Origin: an uncultured Nitrososphaeraceae archaeon
GTDB taxonomy: Archaea; Thermoproteota; Nitrososphaeria; Nitrososphaerales; Nitrososphaeraceae
NCBI GenBank assembly: GCA_963779615.1
Contig: CAVZZA010000005.1
Span: 192,001-256,000 of the forward strand
Length of the DNA: 64,000 bases
Direction: 5' to 3'
Of this stretch, positions 20,969-32,112 are shown piece by piece. Position 1 is the first letter of the stretch; every line of letters starts with the position of its first letter. A program made the translations under genes and the position numbers. The notes under the pieces are model-generated. The model was given only the letters and a program-made list of their open reading frames with translations, was not told the origin of the DNA and made no database searches.

Positions 20969-21304
20969 AATATGTAATAATAACAGTCCGGTATTCAATG
21001 GCAAATGTTTTGGACTTTGGGGCATTCTTTGCAGTAATAAAACAGTTCCTTGCATCCCATCCTTTGCTCTGATTTTAGATTGCTTCTATGCCCGTATTGT
21101 TCAGGTCATCCTCATTTTCTGTCATATTTTTTTGTAAATTACCTTAATTATTTTTTCTAGATGAATGTCCTTGATTTTAATATCTTATCATTTATAGTGG
21201 TTTTAAAAAATTGGGTTCTGTGGATTCTCGGGGTGTTGAAAATGGGGGATTATTTTTGGGTTGTGAAATTGGAGTTTATAGATAGCCATACCTAAATACA
21301 CTTA

Positions 21305-21805
21305 ATGCCATCATCAACTCCTGAAATCATCTTAGAAGATATTAAGGATTGGATAAACGATTTAGGCAAACTATCTGTTACTCCACATAACAACCCAAAG
21401 TCTCATTTTAGTATTTGGGTATCTCTACCTGATTCTAATAAGATTCAGCCAATTATGGTCACATATCCAAAAAATAATGGAAAGATACTTTTTGGATGGC
21501 ACTGGTTGATGGAAGATATGGATTCAAAGGCATATCATGCAATAATGGATATAACTAAAAAACTGCATCTTACAAAGTCTTTTAGGAATGAATCCATGAG
21601 GAGAAAATTTATCATTCAGTTTGAGCCAGACATTTATAATCTATCGGGAATTGCCATTTTTAAATTTATGCCAATATATGAACTCACAAAAGAAAGTTTT
21701 AGTGGGATAATGTTGGATTTGATGTATATGTGGGGATATTTGATGTCCTTATTTGAAAAAAATGATATGTGTAAAGCAGGTTTCAATCCTTCTGACCATA
21801 TCTAA
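21305..21805 (+). CDS. Hypothetical protein (166 aa)
   Basis: Intact AT-rich ORF with TTTATA about 30 bp upstream. Confidence 0.65.
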   Translation: MPSSTPEIILEDIKDWINDLGKLSVTPHNNPKSHFSIWVSLPDSNKIQPIMVTYPKNNGKILFGWHWLMEDMDSKAYHAIMDITKKLHLTKSFRNESMRRKFIIQFEPDIYNLSGIAIFKFMPIYELTKESFSGIMLDLMYMWGYLMSLFEKNDMCKAGFNPSDHI

Positions 21806-21942
21806 CTACTATTCCTGTGGCGAATTCATTTCTCATGGGCGGAATATAATCATCAATAACTATGTTTATGTGTTTGATTTGAGTAACAGTTTATAATGTT
21901 TTCAAATTAATATTATAATGCTACCTTTGTTAGTTTCATAAA

Positions 21943-22158
21943 GTCCTCCCAGAGCATAACAAAAATGTGTCCGGCGCGTCCGGTGACTCCGGCGCCCAAA
22001 TTCTAAGCGTTAAATCCTAGTTGTTATCCGGAGACAACTTTTAAAACCGGAGACAAGTTGTTTAGGAGAGAAGCTATGTCCGGATTTTCTATGCGCAGTT
22101 GTGCCAATCCGGAGATAATGGAGACATTGGAGATAAATTTCCCATTTTGTTATGGATG
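21943..22158. repeat. Dispersed ~200-bp GGAGACA/TGTCTCC element, copy B
   Basis: Direct repeat of copy A. Confidence 0.9.
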
Positions 22159-22442
22159 CCATTATGATGGTTTTATTTTTTTATTCTTGTCTGTTGGAAT
22201 AGCCAACCTGAATATGTACAGTATATGGGATTAACATTGATTATGGTAATTATATAACCCAAATTCAATCAGTCCCCGGCATACCGTCAGGAACTTAATC
22301 CCACCGAACCATACACATCATTTAGAAATATTTATAGTGGATAATGGCTATTGTATGCTCGCACCCCCTTTCCAGAGTGTCATGGCAATATCATCGGACT
22401 GCAAACACAGATAGCAGTATGGCGATTATGCCTTAAGCCCCG

Positions 22443-23012
22443 TCATTTGCTTCGCATGCTGGCCCGTGCAGCAAGTTTTGCTATTCTAATTAGCTCTGGA
22501 ATGGAGCCTTGGAGTGTAAAGCAATCAATGATCTTGGATGCTTCTTTTGATCTTATTCCCCAGCATCGTACGAACAGAACCTTGCCCGTCTTTAACAGAA
22601 TTTTGTCTCGCTGCCCCAGTTTACGGTATTGCTCTAACTTAAGAGTGGAGTCATTGGAAAAGTGGTGTTGTATGGCGCCTTCCAGTCCCTCCGAGTCCTT
22701 GAATGTTACCGCTATAACTGGAACACTGGTGTTTTCTCCAAGTTCTCCACCGTCTATTATGTTGTACATGCTGATTACAAGGCCCTCAAGCATTATGCAG
22801 TTAATGTCGTCCCTCTTCAATGACCTATACATGGACAGGATGTTTTGTGTAGAGTCATTTCCCTCAATCGTGACATTCCCAAAAACCATGCCGTCAATTA
22901 CCAGGTCACGGCGCATCACTACTCCCGCAAGCGTGGAACAAGCACTAGTTTTTCTGAAGCTTTCAGCTATTCCCAATGCACGGATGCCTCTTTTCTCAAT
23001 ATGAAACCCCAT
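22443..23012 (-). CDS. DUF99 family protein (endonuclease V-like)
   Basis: RALGIAESF, LAGVVMRRDLVIDG, GND.T, YNIID and PELIRIAKLAA motifs; start probably ATG 23012. Confidence 0.85.
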   Translation of the reverse strand: MGFHIEKRGIRALGIAESFRKTSACSTLAGVVMRRDLVIDGMVFGNVTIEGNDSTQNILSMYRSLKRDDINCIMLEGLVISMYNIIDGGELGENTSVPVIAVTFKDSEGLEGAIQHHFSNDSTLKLEQYRKLGQRDKILLKTGKVLFVRCWGIRSKEASKIIDCFTLQGSIPELIRIAKLAARASMRSK

Positions 23013-23333
23013 TCTAGCGCTTCCTCTTTTTTGGAAACGAAGCACCATGCCTGCAGCTGATATTCACATGTCCAATACCAAACTCTTCTTAAAAATGATT
23101 AACTCCCAACTTTTCAGGTTTGAAGTGAGGTAGCCCAGCGCCCCCCAGTGAAGAACAACCATTCAATAGCGCTGGCATTCAGGTAGTGTGTTCCAATCGG
23201 ATTAACCAAATAAACAGCCCGAATCGTTAAAAGAAGCAGCAGGCGCTGGATACAGCATTACAGAAAAGTAAAAAAGCCTTATGTCCATCATCATTTTAAA
23301 TAATATGATTGGTATATTATTTGATCATATAAG

Positions 23334-24356
23334 ATGACCACTATTCTTGCTTCAATGCAAAACTCACTTTTGGTGTTGGACTCGACAAAAGACGGCTGGA
23401 AGGTTCATGAGCATTTGAAGCAGCACAATCCCACTAGCCTTGCATATGATCCCCAAAAACCTGAGAGGGCCTACTGCGGGACTTTTAATGCCGGACTTTG
23501 GAAAACCGACGACAAAGGCCAAACATGGGAAAGGACCTCGCTAAACGTTTCTGGCTCGAGCATCACGTCTGTTTCTGTTAGCCCTGATGAAAGAGGAAAA
23601 GAGGGATTTAACAGGCTGTTTGTTGGCATGGAGCCTAGCGTGATTTTTTCGTCAAGCAAGGGAGGCCAAACGTGGGAAAAAATTGATGAGTTTAACAAGT
23701 TGCCCTCATCTTCCACATGGTCATTTCCGCCCAGGCCATGTACACATCATGTCCGCTGGATAGAGCATGATGTAAACAAAAAAGGGTACGTTTTTGTCGC
23801 AATAGAGGCTGGAGCATTAATCAGGAGTTTTGATGGATGCCAAACGTGGATTGACAGGGTGGAACATGGCCCCTATGACACTCATGTGCTGAGAACGCAC
23901 AAAAAGCACCCCGAAAGGCTATACTCGGCTGCAGGTGACGGTTATTTTGAAAGTCTAGACTATGGAGATACCTGGAAAAATTCTGATGAAGGACTGGGCC
24001 ATCATACCTATTTGGCTGGCATAGCGATTAATTCGGATGATCCTCAAAACATGGTTGTATCAGCCTCAAGTAACGCTTGGAAAGCGCATTCTAGAGAGGA
24101 CCCAGAGTCATTTGTATACATACATTCGCCTGGTGACAAAAAATGGGAGTTGGTTACTGACGGCATGCCCAACCCAAAGGGAACCATCATCTCGATACTT
24201 GAATCCAATCCTGATGTTAGAGATGAGTTTTATTGCTTGAATAATAGAGGGATTTATTGTTCCAAAGATTCAGGGGTTTCATGGGACATGTTGGATATGC
24301 CTTGGCCAAAAGAACATAAATTGCAGCATCCATGGGCATTGGCAATAAGGGAATAA
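23334..24356 (+). CDS. BNR/Asp-box beta-propeller (glycosyl hydrolase-like)
   Basis: Repeated S/T-x-D-x-G-x-T/S-W boxes; WSFPPRP.THHVRWI motif. Confidence 0.85.
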   Translation: MTTILASMQNSLLVLDSTKDGWKVHEHLKQHNPTSLAYDPQKPERAYCGTFNAGLWKTDDKGQTWERTSLNVSGSSITSVSVSPDERGKEGFNRLFVGMEPSVIFSSSKGGQTWEKIDEFNKLPSSSTWSFPPRPCTHHVRWIEHDVNKKGYVFVAIEAGALIRSFDGCQTWIDRVEHGPYDTHVLRTHKKHPERLYSAAGDGYFESLDYGDTWKNSDEGLGHHTYLAGIAINSDDPQNMVVSASSNAWKAHSREDPESFVYIHSPGDKKWELVTDGMPNPKGTIISILESNPDVRDEFYCLNNRGIYCSKDSGVSWDMLDMPWPKEHKLQHPWALAIRE

Positions 24357-24569
24357 AATCACAAAAGACATTTTGAATTGAACCGCCTTAAAAGTTAAGG
24401 ATCTCCATGTCATTTTGCATCAGGATTGATTTTGTGTTCCCTTGTCAGAACGGATTTGACAAAACAATTTTATAAAACATTTATTGTTACTATTTTAATT
24501 ATCTTTCAATTACGATGATTTTAAAACCTGCATTCGGTAAAACCCCGCCTTTATTACATTCCTAATGGC

Positions 24570-24770
24570 TTCCAAGAGTATACCGAAAATGTCTCCCCTG
24601 TGTCCGGTGTCTCCCGAACTCGAATCCGTGGTTAAATCTTTGTTATTGTCCGGAGATAACTTTACAAAACCGGAGATATATTGCATTAGAATTAGATTCT
24701 ATCCAGATTTTGGATACAATTTGCGCTTAGCCTGAGTCATTAGATACACTGGAGAAATATTCTTCATGTT
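24570..24770. repeat. Dispersed GGAGACA/TGTCTCC element, degenerate copy C
   Basis: aaaatgtctcc...tgtccgg...ccggagataactttacaaaaccggagata...tggagaaa. Confidence 0.75.
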
Positions 24771-25095
24771 TATTAAAAACAGTTTTGTTGACTTTGAATT
24801 GGATTAAGTCAATGACTTTACCTATTGGCTCTGGAATTTGTAATTGATTCTGCGGACAATAACCTAACAAAATGAGAACCCTGATTTATAGTCAAACTTG
24901 TTGCAGGGCGGGCGGATTAGTTACTATATCGGTGCTAAAAGCAGGTTCCTGCCAATGGTAGAATACGTCCAAGCCTTGATGGTTTTCCTTGGCGTTAAAT
25001 GTTAGACTGGCTTCTGTGGGAATTTGGTTTCTTGCTGGTGGTTGATATATGATGGCCATAACCATCCTGTTCCTTACTGGTGCTTTGCATTCAGG

Positions 25096-25767
25096 TCACA
25101 CGCTCACACCGGTAAACAAAAACAACAACAGTATTGTTATTCCTGCACCGCCAACAGCAAATCCAGGATATGAAACCAGCTTGTTCTTTGTGACTTCTGA
25201 CGTGCCGGCTAACCCTGCACCTACAATTAGCAGGATGGTCACAAGCTCATACGTCAATATGATCTTTGAGGTCTCAGAAATGTTGTCTAAAGTCTTATCG
25301 TATTCGCTCTCTTCTAGTTCTGCCTTGTATCGTAAGTTTGCCAATGAGCCTTCAACCGATTTGTCAGTATGCAAGGCATCAATATGCGATCGGTATTTAT
25401 GCAGATAGTCATTGGCTTGCTTTTGAGTAGCGGCATATGATGGACCGCCATCATTATTTTGCAAAGTAATGTTCACACTGTCAATTTGGGACTGCAGTAT
25501 TTTTTCCTCCAACCTTTGCTCTTCATAGTCATTTAACCAATCATTGGATTTAACCAGGTGCACAACGGCATGGGTATGCATGTCATCTCTTTTTAGGCCA
25601 TATTCAGATGCAGCAATAGTTGAATAAACAGCCAGAACCGACATGGCTATAACAAACAATGAAACAACCAAGAAAAACCTCGTGGGGCGATGAGGCTGCT
25701 GCTGGTTATTGTTGTATGGTGGCTTTGACATGTCCCTAATGTTTACTCCTAGTTCCCCTATGGGCAA
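25096..25767 (-). CDS. Membrane protein (TM - coiled region - 2 TM, DUF4337-like)
   Basis: Hydropathy pattern; family call tentative. Confidence 0.6.
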   Translation of the reverse strand: MPIGELGVNIRDMSKPPYNNNQQQPHRPTRFFLVVSLFVIAMSVLAVYSTIAASEYGLKRDDMHTHAVVHLVKSNDWLNDYEEQRLEEKILQSQIDSVNITLQNNDGGPSYAATQKQANDYLHKYRSHIDALHTDKSVEGSLANLRYKAELEESEYDKTLDNISETSKIILTYELVTILLIVGAGLAGTSEVTKNKLVSYPGFAVGGAGITILLLFLFTGVSV

Positions 25768-26165
25768 GCTTGCGATGCATTCTTTTCAAATTTATGTTGT
25801 AAATGTATATTATATTTATCCAGCAGAAATTATTTACATAGAGATTTGTCATTATGGAAGTTCGCAGAGAATATGTGCTGCCCCAAACTCATTACTCGGG
25901 AAGCCATTGATTTTGAAAAACGATGAGTTTTTCTGTCAGGGTTGTATGGATGTCAGGGTTTTCTGTACTGTTGTTTCTGTATCTCAAAAAATCACTAATA
26001 TATTGCGAGTACATCAAAAAAAAAGAATACAGAAAATAACAGTACAGGCAGCTATGGCAGCTATGACATCCATGACATAAAACAAACAAAATGGTTCTTG
26101 TCGTTAACTACCACTTTTTTCTTTACACCTTATTTTCGCAGAACCCACTTAAAAGAACCGTTATA

Positions 26166-26750
26166 CTAGAGGGCGCGGAGGGCTTTGTGCCTGCGATAGA
26201 AGAACTCTATTACCCTTGCATTTCTGCCAATAAACATTCCCGATCCAAGCATAAGGAGAAAATCTGTAGCTATCAGACATATTGTCATGGTGTTGTGACC
26301 TATGAGAACCAAAGGGATGTTTCTCGTAACTATGTCACCCCTTTCGGTAAAGTTAATTTCCTGGAACCCTATAAAAACTGCATTGATTGCAATTCTGAGA
26401 ACCAGTGCCGATACGTACGATATGTATATCAATGCGCCACCCTTTACGAAAGTCTTGACTATTATTGTCTGTCCAAAACAGGAGATTCTTTTTTGAGTAC
26501 AGATAGGAAAATAATCCTGAAGCAGTGAGAATTGCACCATACGGTACGATGTAATAAGAGGGCATTCCTAGGGAGAATGAATTATGCACAAGATATGACA
26601 CGACCATTAAATAGTAAATTAAATACAGTAACAGTTTTTTTATGCTTATTTTTGTCCCTTGCATGGACCTCTTTAAGCCTGCTACAATCATTGCCAGTGT
26701 AATTGCTATTGATATGACTATGGTGAAAAGATATAACGGTTGAATATATT
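26166..26750 (-). pseudogene. CcdC/DUF1453-like membrane protein, frameshifted near 26460
   Basis: ORFs 26353..27006 and 26166..26540 join as ...LLFWTDNN/FVKGGALIY...LRI...GMFIGRNARV. Confidence 0.6.
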
Positions 26751-27349
26751 TTCCCCTTGGCAACACGGTATGGACTGAATTATAAATTATTATCGTGCAT
26801 GTGTGGTCTAGCTGAGGAAATTGTTTTATGACTAAAAAAGGCCAGATTGATAACATATTGAATATTTCCTCATGTCGAGCCTTGATTCGATGTCTGTAGT
26901 TTGTTGAACGCATCGTTGTTTCTTGCTGTAAAATTAAGGAATAGTTGCACTGATAGGCTCTCTCGCTTAACGAAAATCCTATACCTTGAGGATGGCATAT
27001 CCCCATTATGGTAGGCAGAAACAGAACAGCCAGTTGGAGTTAAGGATTACCCGCAAGCCGGAGGAGCATGATGGGGAGCACATCGAGAAGACGACCCTCC
27101 AATTGAGGACACTCTAAAATGGATTCTACCTGTGGCATGGTGTTCAGTTATTAGAGTCAGGACATCAGGTCTGCCATAAACTACGTAAACAACATAAAGG
27201 CCCTAAAGCAGCGAAGGAGCAAACTGAAGGGGGAATTTAAGTCACTAAAAGAGGAGAGGGACTGTCTGCTGGACAACCTGGGTGACACCCAAAAGGCATG
27301 TTATTGAACATCCGCTCAATACCCTTCTTAAAGAAGGTTTGACTTGTCT

Positions 27350-27590
27350 CTATTTTATAAACTCTATAACTGCTTGTCTTGGGTCAATGTTGTTTTCATT
27401 CAGGACTTCCAGCAGTTTTAGTGGGTCCCTGTTGCTGTGGACCTGCTGGTTCTTTACCGCAACAAACTCGTTTTTGTGTTTTAGGCAAAGCTCATCGTGT
27501 TTGTCATTATAGTACTGAAAATCTCTGTCATACTCTTTTGGGGGTTACCATTTCCTCATCTTTGGCGGCTTTTTTCTTAGCCACACCCAT
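27350..27590 (-). pseudogene. DUF5678-like small protein, frameshifted
   Basis: Reconstructed ...YNDKHDELCLKHKNEFVAVKNQQVHSNRDPLKLLEVLNENNIDPRQAVIEFIK. Confidence 0.5.
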
Positions 27591-27710
27591 GAAATGGTTC
27601 GTATTCAAAAATACTTTTTGATATAAAAAACTGTTGTTTGATAGCAGTATAGAATCACAAAAGATGTAAAACCAGTTGTTGTTAATCCAACTTCATAATG
27701 CACCATTACG

Positions 27711-28013
27711 ATGCTGAGGCTGCCTGGAAACCTGGCCTTGGAGGCATCTACAAGTGAATTGGTGACCCATGGCATGCAGGAGTTTGACTATGAAAGGACA
27801 AGGGCTGACTTGGGGATTCCAGACAGCTTTGACGTTGTGGCCATGATTGCGATTGGGAAAAGGGGGCCAAAGGAAAACCTGCCAATGAACATGCAGGAAA
27901 AGGAGAGGCCAAACGGCAGAAAGCCATTGAGAAAAACAGTCATGGAAGGCCGATTTACAGAAAAACAGAATTGCATATGTTGCGAACCAATAGTTTTTCC
28001 ATCCCTTTATTAA
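27711..28013 (+). pseudogene. Nitroreductase C-terminal fragment
   Basis: NLALEA...HGMQEFD...LGIP...VVAMIAIGKRG...RKPL; N-terminal half absent. Confidence 0.8.
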
Positions 28014-28062
28014 ACTGCTTTTGGGATAAGTCTATTGATAAGTAAGGAATTCCCAAACCGTA

Positions 28063-28246
28063 GGCGATAGTCAACGACACCTGTTCAACATTACTTCCGA
28101 TATTGGAGAAAATAATGATCTAGCCAGCCAACATCCCGAAATGCTTAAAAAGATGATATCAGGAGTATGGCAAGTTTGCAAAGGGTGTTGGGTTGGTAGT
28201 GCCAACTGCAACTATTGAATCCTTCCAAACCGCAGTCATGTCTTAG
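28063..28246 (+). pseudogene. Orphan arylsulfatase C-terminal fragment
   Basis: HLFNITSDIGENNDLASQHPEMLKKMIS...VVPTATIESFQT matches the C-terminus of 42603..44453. Confidence 0.85.
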
Positions 28247-28426
28247 GACACAAAATCTAGAATCTTTTGTACGGTTTGTTTGCCCGAACCTCTCCAATCA
28301 ATAACTTGTGGGACTATGTGACTTCCTTGGCATAGTCAATTGACCATGGAACTGTCTGAAGATTAATCAAATGTTTTGGTATCGTTGCTTTTATTCAGCC
28401 ACTTTTTTCTTAATCCCATTATACTC

Positions 28427-28788
28427 TTAACGAGTAAAGCCCGCGAAAAAATGATAATGCTGTGAACCAGACTTTGTCAACGCTCCCTGCAATTCCTCGC
28501 TTGGATCGCCTAAAACTTCAAACCGGTTTATCTTTGAAATGCTGAAAATCTTTGGAAGTTTGTTTGTGCTGGAACTCCATTTAGGTGAGCAAGAACAGCC
28601 TCTGAGTTTGCATATAACTCGCTTATTACGCAAGTTGTTTCATCATCATTGAGGTGGTATTGATAACTCTTGGTGCTTGGTTCATTAAGATCAACAGCTC
28701 TTGTGATCTCCTCTACCAACCTCTTGAACTCCTCGATCCTTCCCTCTTCAACAGTGACCTGAAGTATCAACTGTATATCCCTACTCAT
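28427..28788 (-). pseudogene. ABM / putative quinol monooxygenase, frameshifted near 28560
   Basis: EP.TKSYQY..E.YANSEAVLAH, then LPKIF..FEVLGDPSEEL..FAGFTR in a second frame. Confidence 0.8.
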
Positions 28789-28901
28789 GCTGGTTCGATA
28801 TTAAGACGTCAATATTAAGTTACTATACTATTTAGGGGCATGCACCAAGAATGCAAATTTTGTTCCCGGATAGTCAACAAAATCTTTGACTTGGAAAAAT
28901 A

Positions 28902-29579
28902 GGCTCTGTTCACTTAGCGATAAGGCCATAGCTTAATGATGCCCTATATGTTATATGGTTTGCAGAAACAGAACGCCTTCAGAGTACGTTAGCTATGGTT
29001 TGTATCTGTATTTTTCGGGGTTGTCATTGAGAAGGGCATCCGATAGGCTGTCTTGTTTTGTCAGGCGGAACCAAGTTTCCATCTGGAACTGGATTAAGGA
29101 ATATCACCCTCATAAAACATCGGCAAAAAGAAAAAAGATTTTTGAGCATGTTGTGGATGAGGCACTAATCAAGGTTGGATCTGAATGCATCTGGCCCTGG
29201 GCTGCAATTGAGCCAAAAAACAGGCAGATTCTAGCACTAAACATATCAAGGGAGAGAAACATGCTTATTGCTGAAAGGTTTATCGAGGGTTTGGTCAAGA
29301 CTCGGAGAAAGTGTCCGGTATCAACTGATGGTGGAGGAACGTGGTATCCCCAAGCATGCAGGTTCCTGAATCTAAAGCACCATGTCCATTCCCCTTTTGA
29401 GAAAAGCCTGATTGAATGATTGAACGGACTATGCAGTACATAAAGGAAAGAACAGAAAGTTTCGATGACTACTTTCCTTGTAGGATAAAAAATTGCAAGC
29501 TAAAGCATGTGAAGAACTGGCTGCGGTTTTTTGTAGATTATCACGACATTGAGTTAAAAAAGCCTAAGTGAACAGAGCC
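28902..29579 (+). mobile_element. IS6-family element, 678 bp, transposase disrupted
   Basis: Perfect 16-bp TIR GGCTCTGTTCACTTAG; no target duplication; 8-bp tandem duplication TGATTGAA at 29409..29424 introduces a stop. Confidence 0.93.
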
Positions 29580-29580
29580 G

Positions 29581-29909
29581 CATATTGATGTCCGCCATTT
29601 CACAAAATAGTTTAACAATCTTTAGATAATTCTGAACAGTTGAACCCACTATTTCCCTCTTATTTACCCTGTCTATTTGATACAGAATCAATTTCAAAAC
29701 ACTGTTGAAAACCCACTGGTTTCCTTCCGATTCGGGTTTTTTTTGACAAAACTTGAGCTTTTTTCCTCAACGGTTTTTCCTTCCATCCCCATAAATTCAA
29801 AGAATTCCTCCATCCTTTTTTGGTACTTTTCCCCGGTCAAAGGCGACTTTAGCGCAAACAAATACGGTTTCCAGATACCAAGTTCCCCATCATTTTTGAG
29901 TTCTAACAC
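29581..29909 (-). pseudogene. N-terminal remnant of a Nitrososphaera-type tyrosine integrase, cut by IS6
   Basis: LFALKSPLTGEKYQKRMEEFFEF...RVNKREIVGSTVQNYLKIVKLFCEMADI; catalytic domain absent. Confidence 0.65.
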
Positions 29910-30290
29910 CTTTTTCTTTACACCTTATTTTCGTAGAACCCACCTAAAAGAACTGTTATGGGTATGGACTGAGTGGGGTGCGGTTAAAAAGTGAACGGAA
30001 TCCTAATGAGGTTATTATCATTCTATGTGTTGCCATGTTAAATAAATATACAAAATGGGCACAGAAAGGCACAATCTGACAGGCAAAAGTGGCACGCCAA
30101 TACGAACATGCAATAATGACAAAGTAGAATTGTTTATTTGTCAACTGCATTAGTCGTTTAGATGACAAAGTAAAAGTACAATCCTTCCAAATCAATACAT
30201 AATTAGTTCTTAAGTTATTTCAAAATGGACAACAAAGGGTACACTAGTTTAAGATGCATAAACAACCATCTGCAGCAACTAAATCCAAAA

Positions 30291-31694
30291 ATGCAAAAAC
30301 GTGGTTCTTTGCAAAAGGGCATAAAAGAAACAAAAACTAGAGCATCAATCTTACCAATAGCATTACTGATTTTTTCCACACTACTGATTATTTCAGTTTC
30401 CCAACAGCCACAACAGCAATGGTCAGCACATGCCATAGTTTTTGGCAGTGCAAAGAATTTGAGCGATAACGATGGCATTTCGATAAACCCTCAAATAGAG
30501 GTCTCAGGCAAGAATGTCTATACCACTTGGCAGGACGACAGCCCACCGGGTGACTTTGACCTGCTCTTTAAAAGGAGTACGGACAACGGGGCGTCATTTC
30601 GCTCAAGTGTGGATTTAAGTAGAAACATAGACGGCAGCGCTTCTGCACAAAAGGTCTTCAAATCAGGAAATGACGTGTATGTAGTATGGTCTCAAAATGA
30701 AGACATCTTTTTCAGAAAAAGCACAGACAACGGGGCCCATTTTGGGTCCGCCATAAATCTCAGTAAAGACGAACACTCTTCAGACAATCCTCAAATATCT
30801 GTGAGTGGAAATGTCGTGTATGTAACCTGGGTTGACCGTTTTTTCAACGAAACAGCAGACTCTGATGAGAGCCAGGTGTTTCTTAAAAAAAGTACCAACA
30901 ATGGAAACACGTTTGGCGGTGTAAAGGTGTTGTCAAACACAAAGGATGAGAGTGTGGGTGATTTGCGCATCGCCTCCATCAAAGACAGCGTATATGTGGC
31001 ATGGACTGGGGGAGAATTTAATGAGCCCAGCAGCGATGACTGTCCCTTTGACGGCAGCTTGAATTTTGCAAAAAGCACAAATGGCGGCAGCAGCTTTGGA
31101 CTCAAGAAAATCACTGACATATGCCAGCCTTTTGGCATGAATCTAAAGGCAGTTGGAAGCAGTGTGTTTTTGGTATGGGGGGACAGACCCTCTGCAGACG
31201 AAAGCCCCGAAATATTTTTCACCAAAAGCGCAAACAGCGGTTCTAAATTTGGGGGGATAAAGAACCTGAGCAATAACGAGGGCGACTCCTCCAATCCCCA
31301 AATTGATGTCCTTGGAAGCAATGTATACGTTGCATGGGAAGACAATAGCCCTGGGAACCTTGACATATTATTCAAATCAAGTTGGGACTATGGGGCACAT
31401 TTTGGCAAAGTAAAGAAACTGAGCAATAACGAGGGCATTTCGATAAACCCAAAAATATCATCTTCCGGAACGACAGTTCGCATAGTTTGGCAAGACACCA
31501 CCCCAAGCAATAATGAAATATTCTTCAGGTCCAGTGCAGACAAAGGAAACACGTTTGGAGTTACAAAGAACCTGAGCAAAAATGAGGGAGAGTCAATCAA
31601 TCCGGAGGTTGTGTCAGGTGACGGGTTTGTCCATGTGGTTTGGCAGGACGGCACTTTTGAAAGTCAAGAAATACTGTATAAGAGGGGGACATAG
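30291..31694 (+). CDS. Secreted sialidase-like/BNR repeat beta-propeller protein
   Basis: Repeated NVYVxW-x-D...IFFxxSxDxGxxF...NLS units; signal helix; ORF track starts at 30225. Confidence 0.85.
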   Translation: MQKRGSLQKGIKETKTRASILPIALLIFSTLLIISVSQQPQQQWSAHAIVFGSAKNLSDNDGISINPQIEVSGKNVYTTWQDDSPPGDFDLLFKRSTDNGASFRSSVDLSRNIDGSASAQKVFKSGNDVYVVWSQNEDIFFRKSTDNGAHFGSAINLSKDEHSSDNPQISVSGNVVYVTWVDRFFNETADSDESQVFLKKSTNNGNTFGGVKVLSNTKDESVGDLRIASIKDSVYVAWTGGEFNEPSSDDCPFDGSLNFAKSTNGGSSFGLKKITDICQPFGMNLKAVGSSVFLVWGDRPSADESPEIFFTKSANSGSKFGGIKNLSNNEGDSSNPQIDVLGSNVYVAWEDNSPGNLDILFKSSWDYGAHFGKVKKLSNNEGISINPKISSSGTTVRIVWQDTTPSNNEIFFRSSADKGNTFGVTKNLSKNEGESINPEVVSGDGFVHVVWQDGTFESQEILYKRGT

Positions 31695-31859
31695 ACTAAA
31701 AGTATTTCCAATTGTTTTCCTTTTTTCACGGCCAAAGCAATCAGCAATATTTTTTAATAGAGTTTCAAGACTACTAATGGTTTTTCCATCCACTTGAGTT
31801 TTTGTTTGATTTGGTGACAGTATAGAAAAAACAGCTACAATGCAAATCTGACATCAAAA

Positions 31860-31930
31860 TGGTGCAAAGTGAGGGATTTGAACCCGCGGACCCTCCCTGT
31901 GCCTTAACCAGGCCGGACCATCAACTTTGT
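31860..31930 (-). pseudogene. tRNA-like sequence lacking an anticodon arm
   Basis: Reverse complement ACAAAGT...GGCCTGGTTAAGGC...GCGGG-TTCAAAT-CCCTC-ACTTTGC-ACCA. Confidence 0.65.
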
Positions 31931-32112
31931 AAACATAAACATATTCTAAAAAACAAATTAAACTAAATTAAGTCAAAGTTATTCTAAACATTCCTCTTTT
32001 CATTTATAGTATAAGATTATGCTTGTCTTTTCAGGTATACAAATTCAAATAAAATGTCAGGTAACAAAAGACTCACTCCAGATATACCTAAAAAAGTAAC
32101 TGAGTTTTATAT

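Noticed and set aside
22351-23004. 217-aa plus-strand ORF
   Set aside because: Antisense to the DUF99 gene, which carries the recognisable motifs
17135-29579. Compound transposon bounded by the two IS6 copies
   Set aside because: The first copy has its own TSD on both sides and the two copies are clearly diverged
29964-29977. tRNA 3'-end att site next to the integrase remnant
   Set aside because: Better explained as a copy of the sulfatase stop codon and 3' flank (matches ~42580..42610 inverted)
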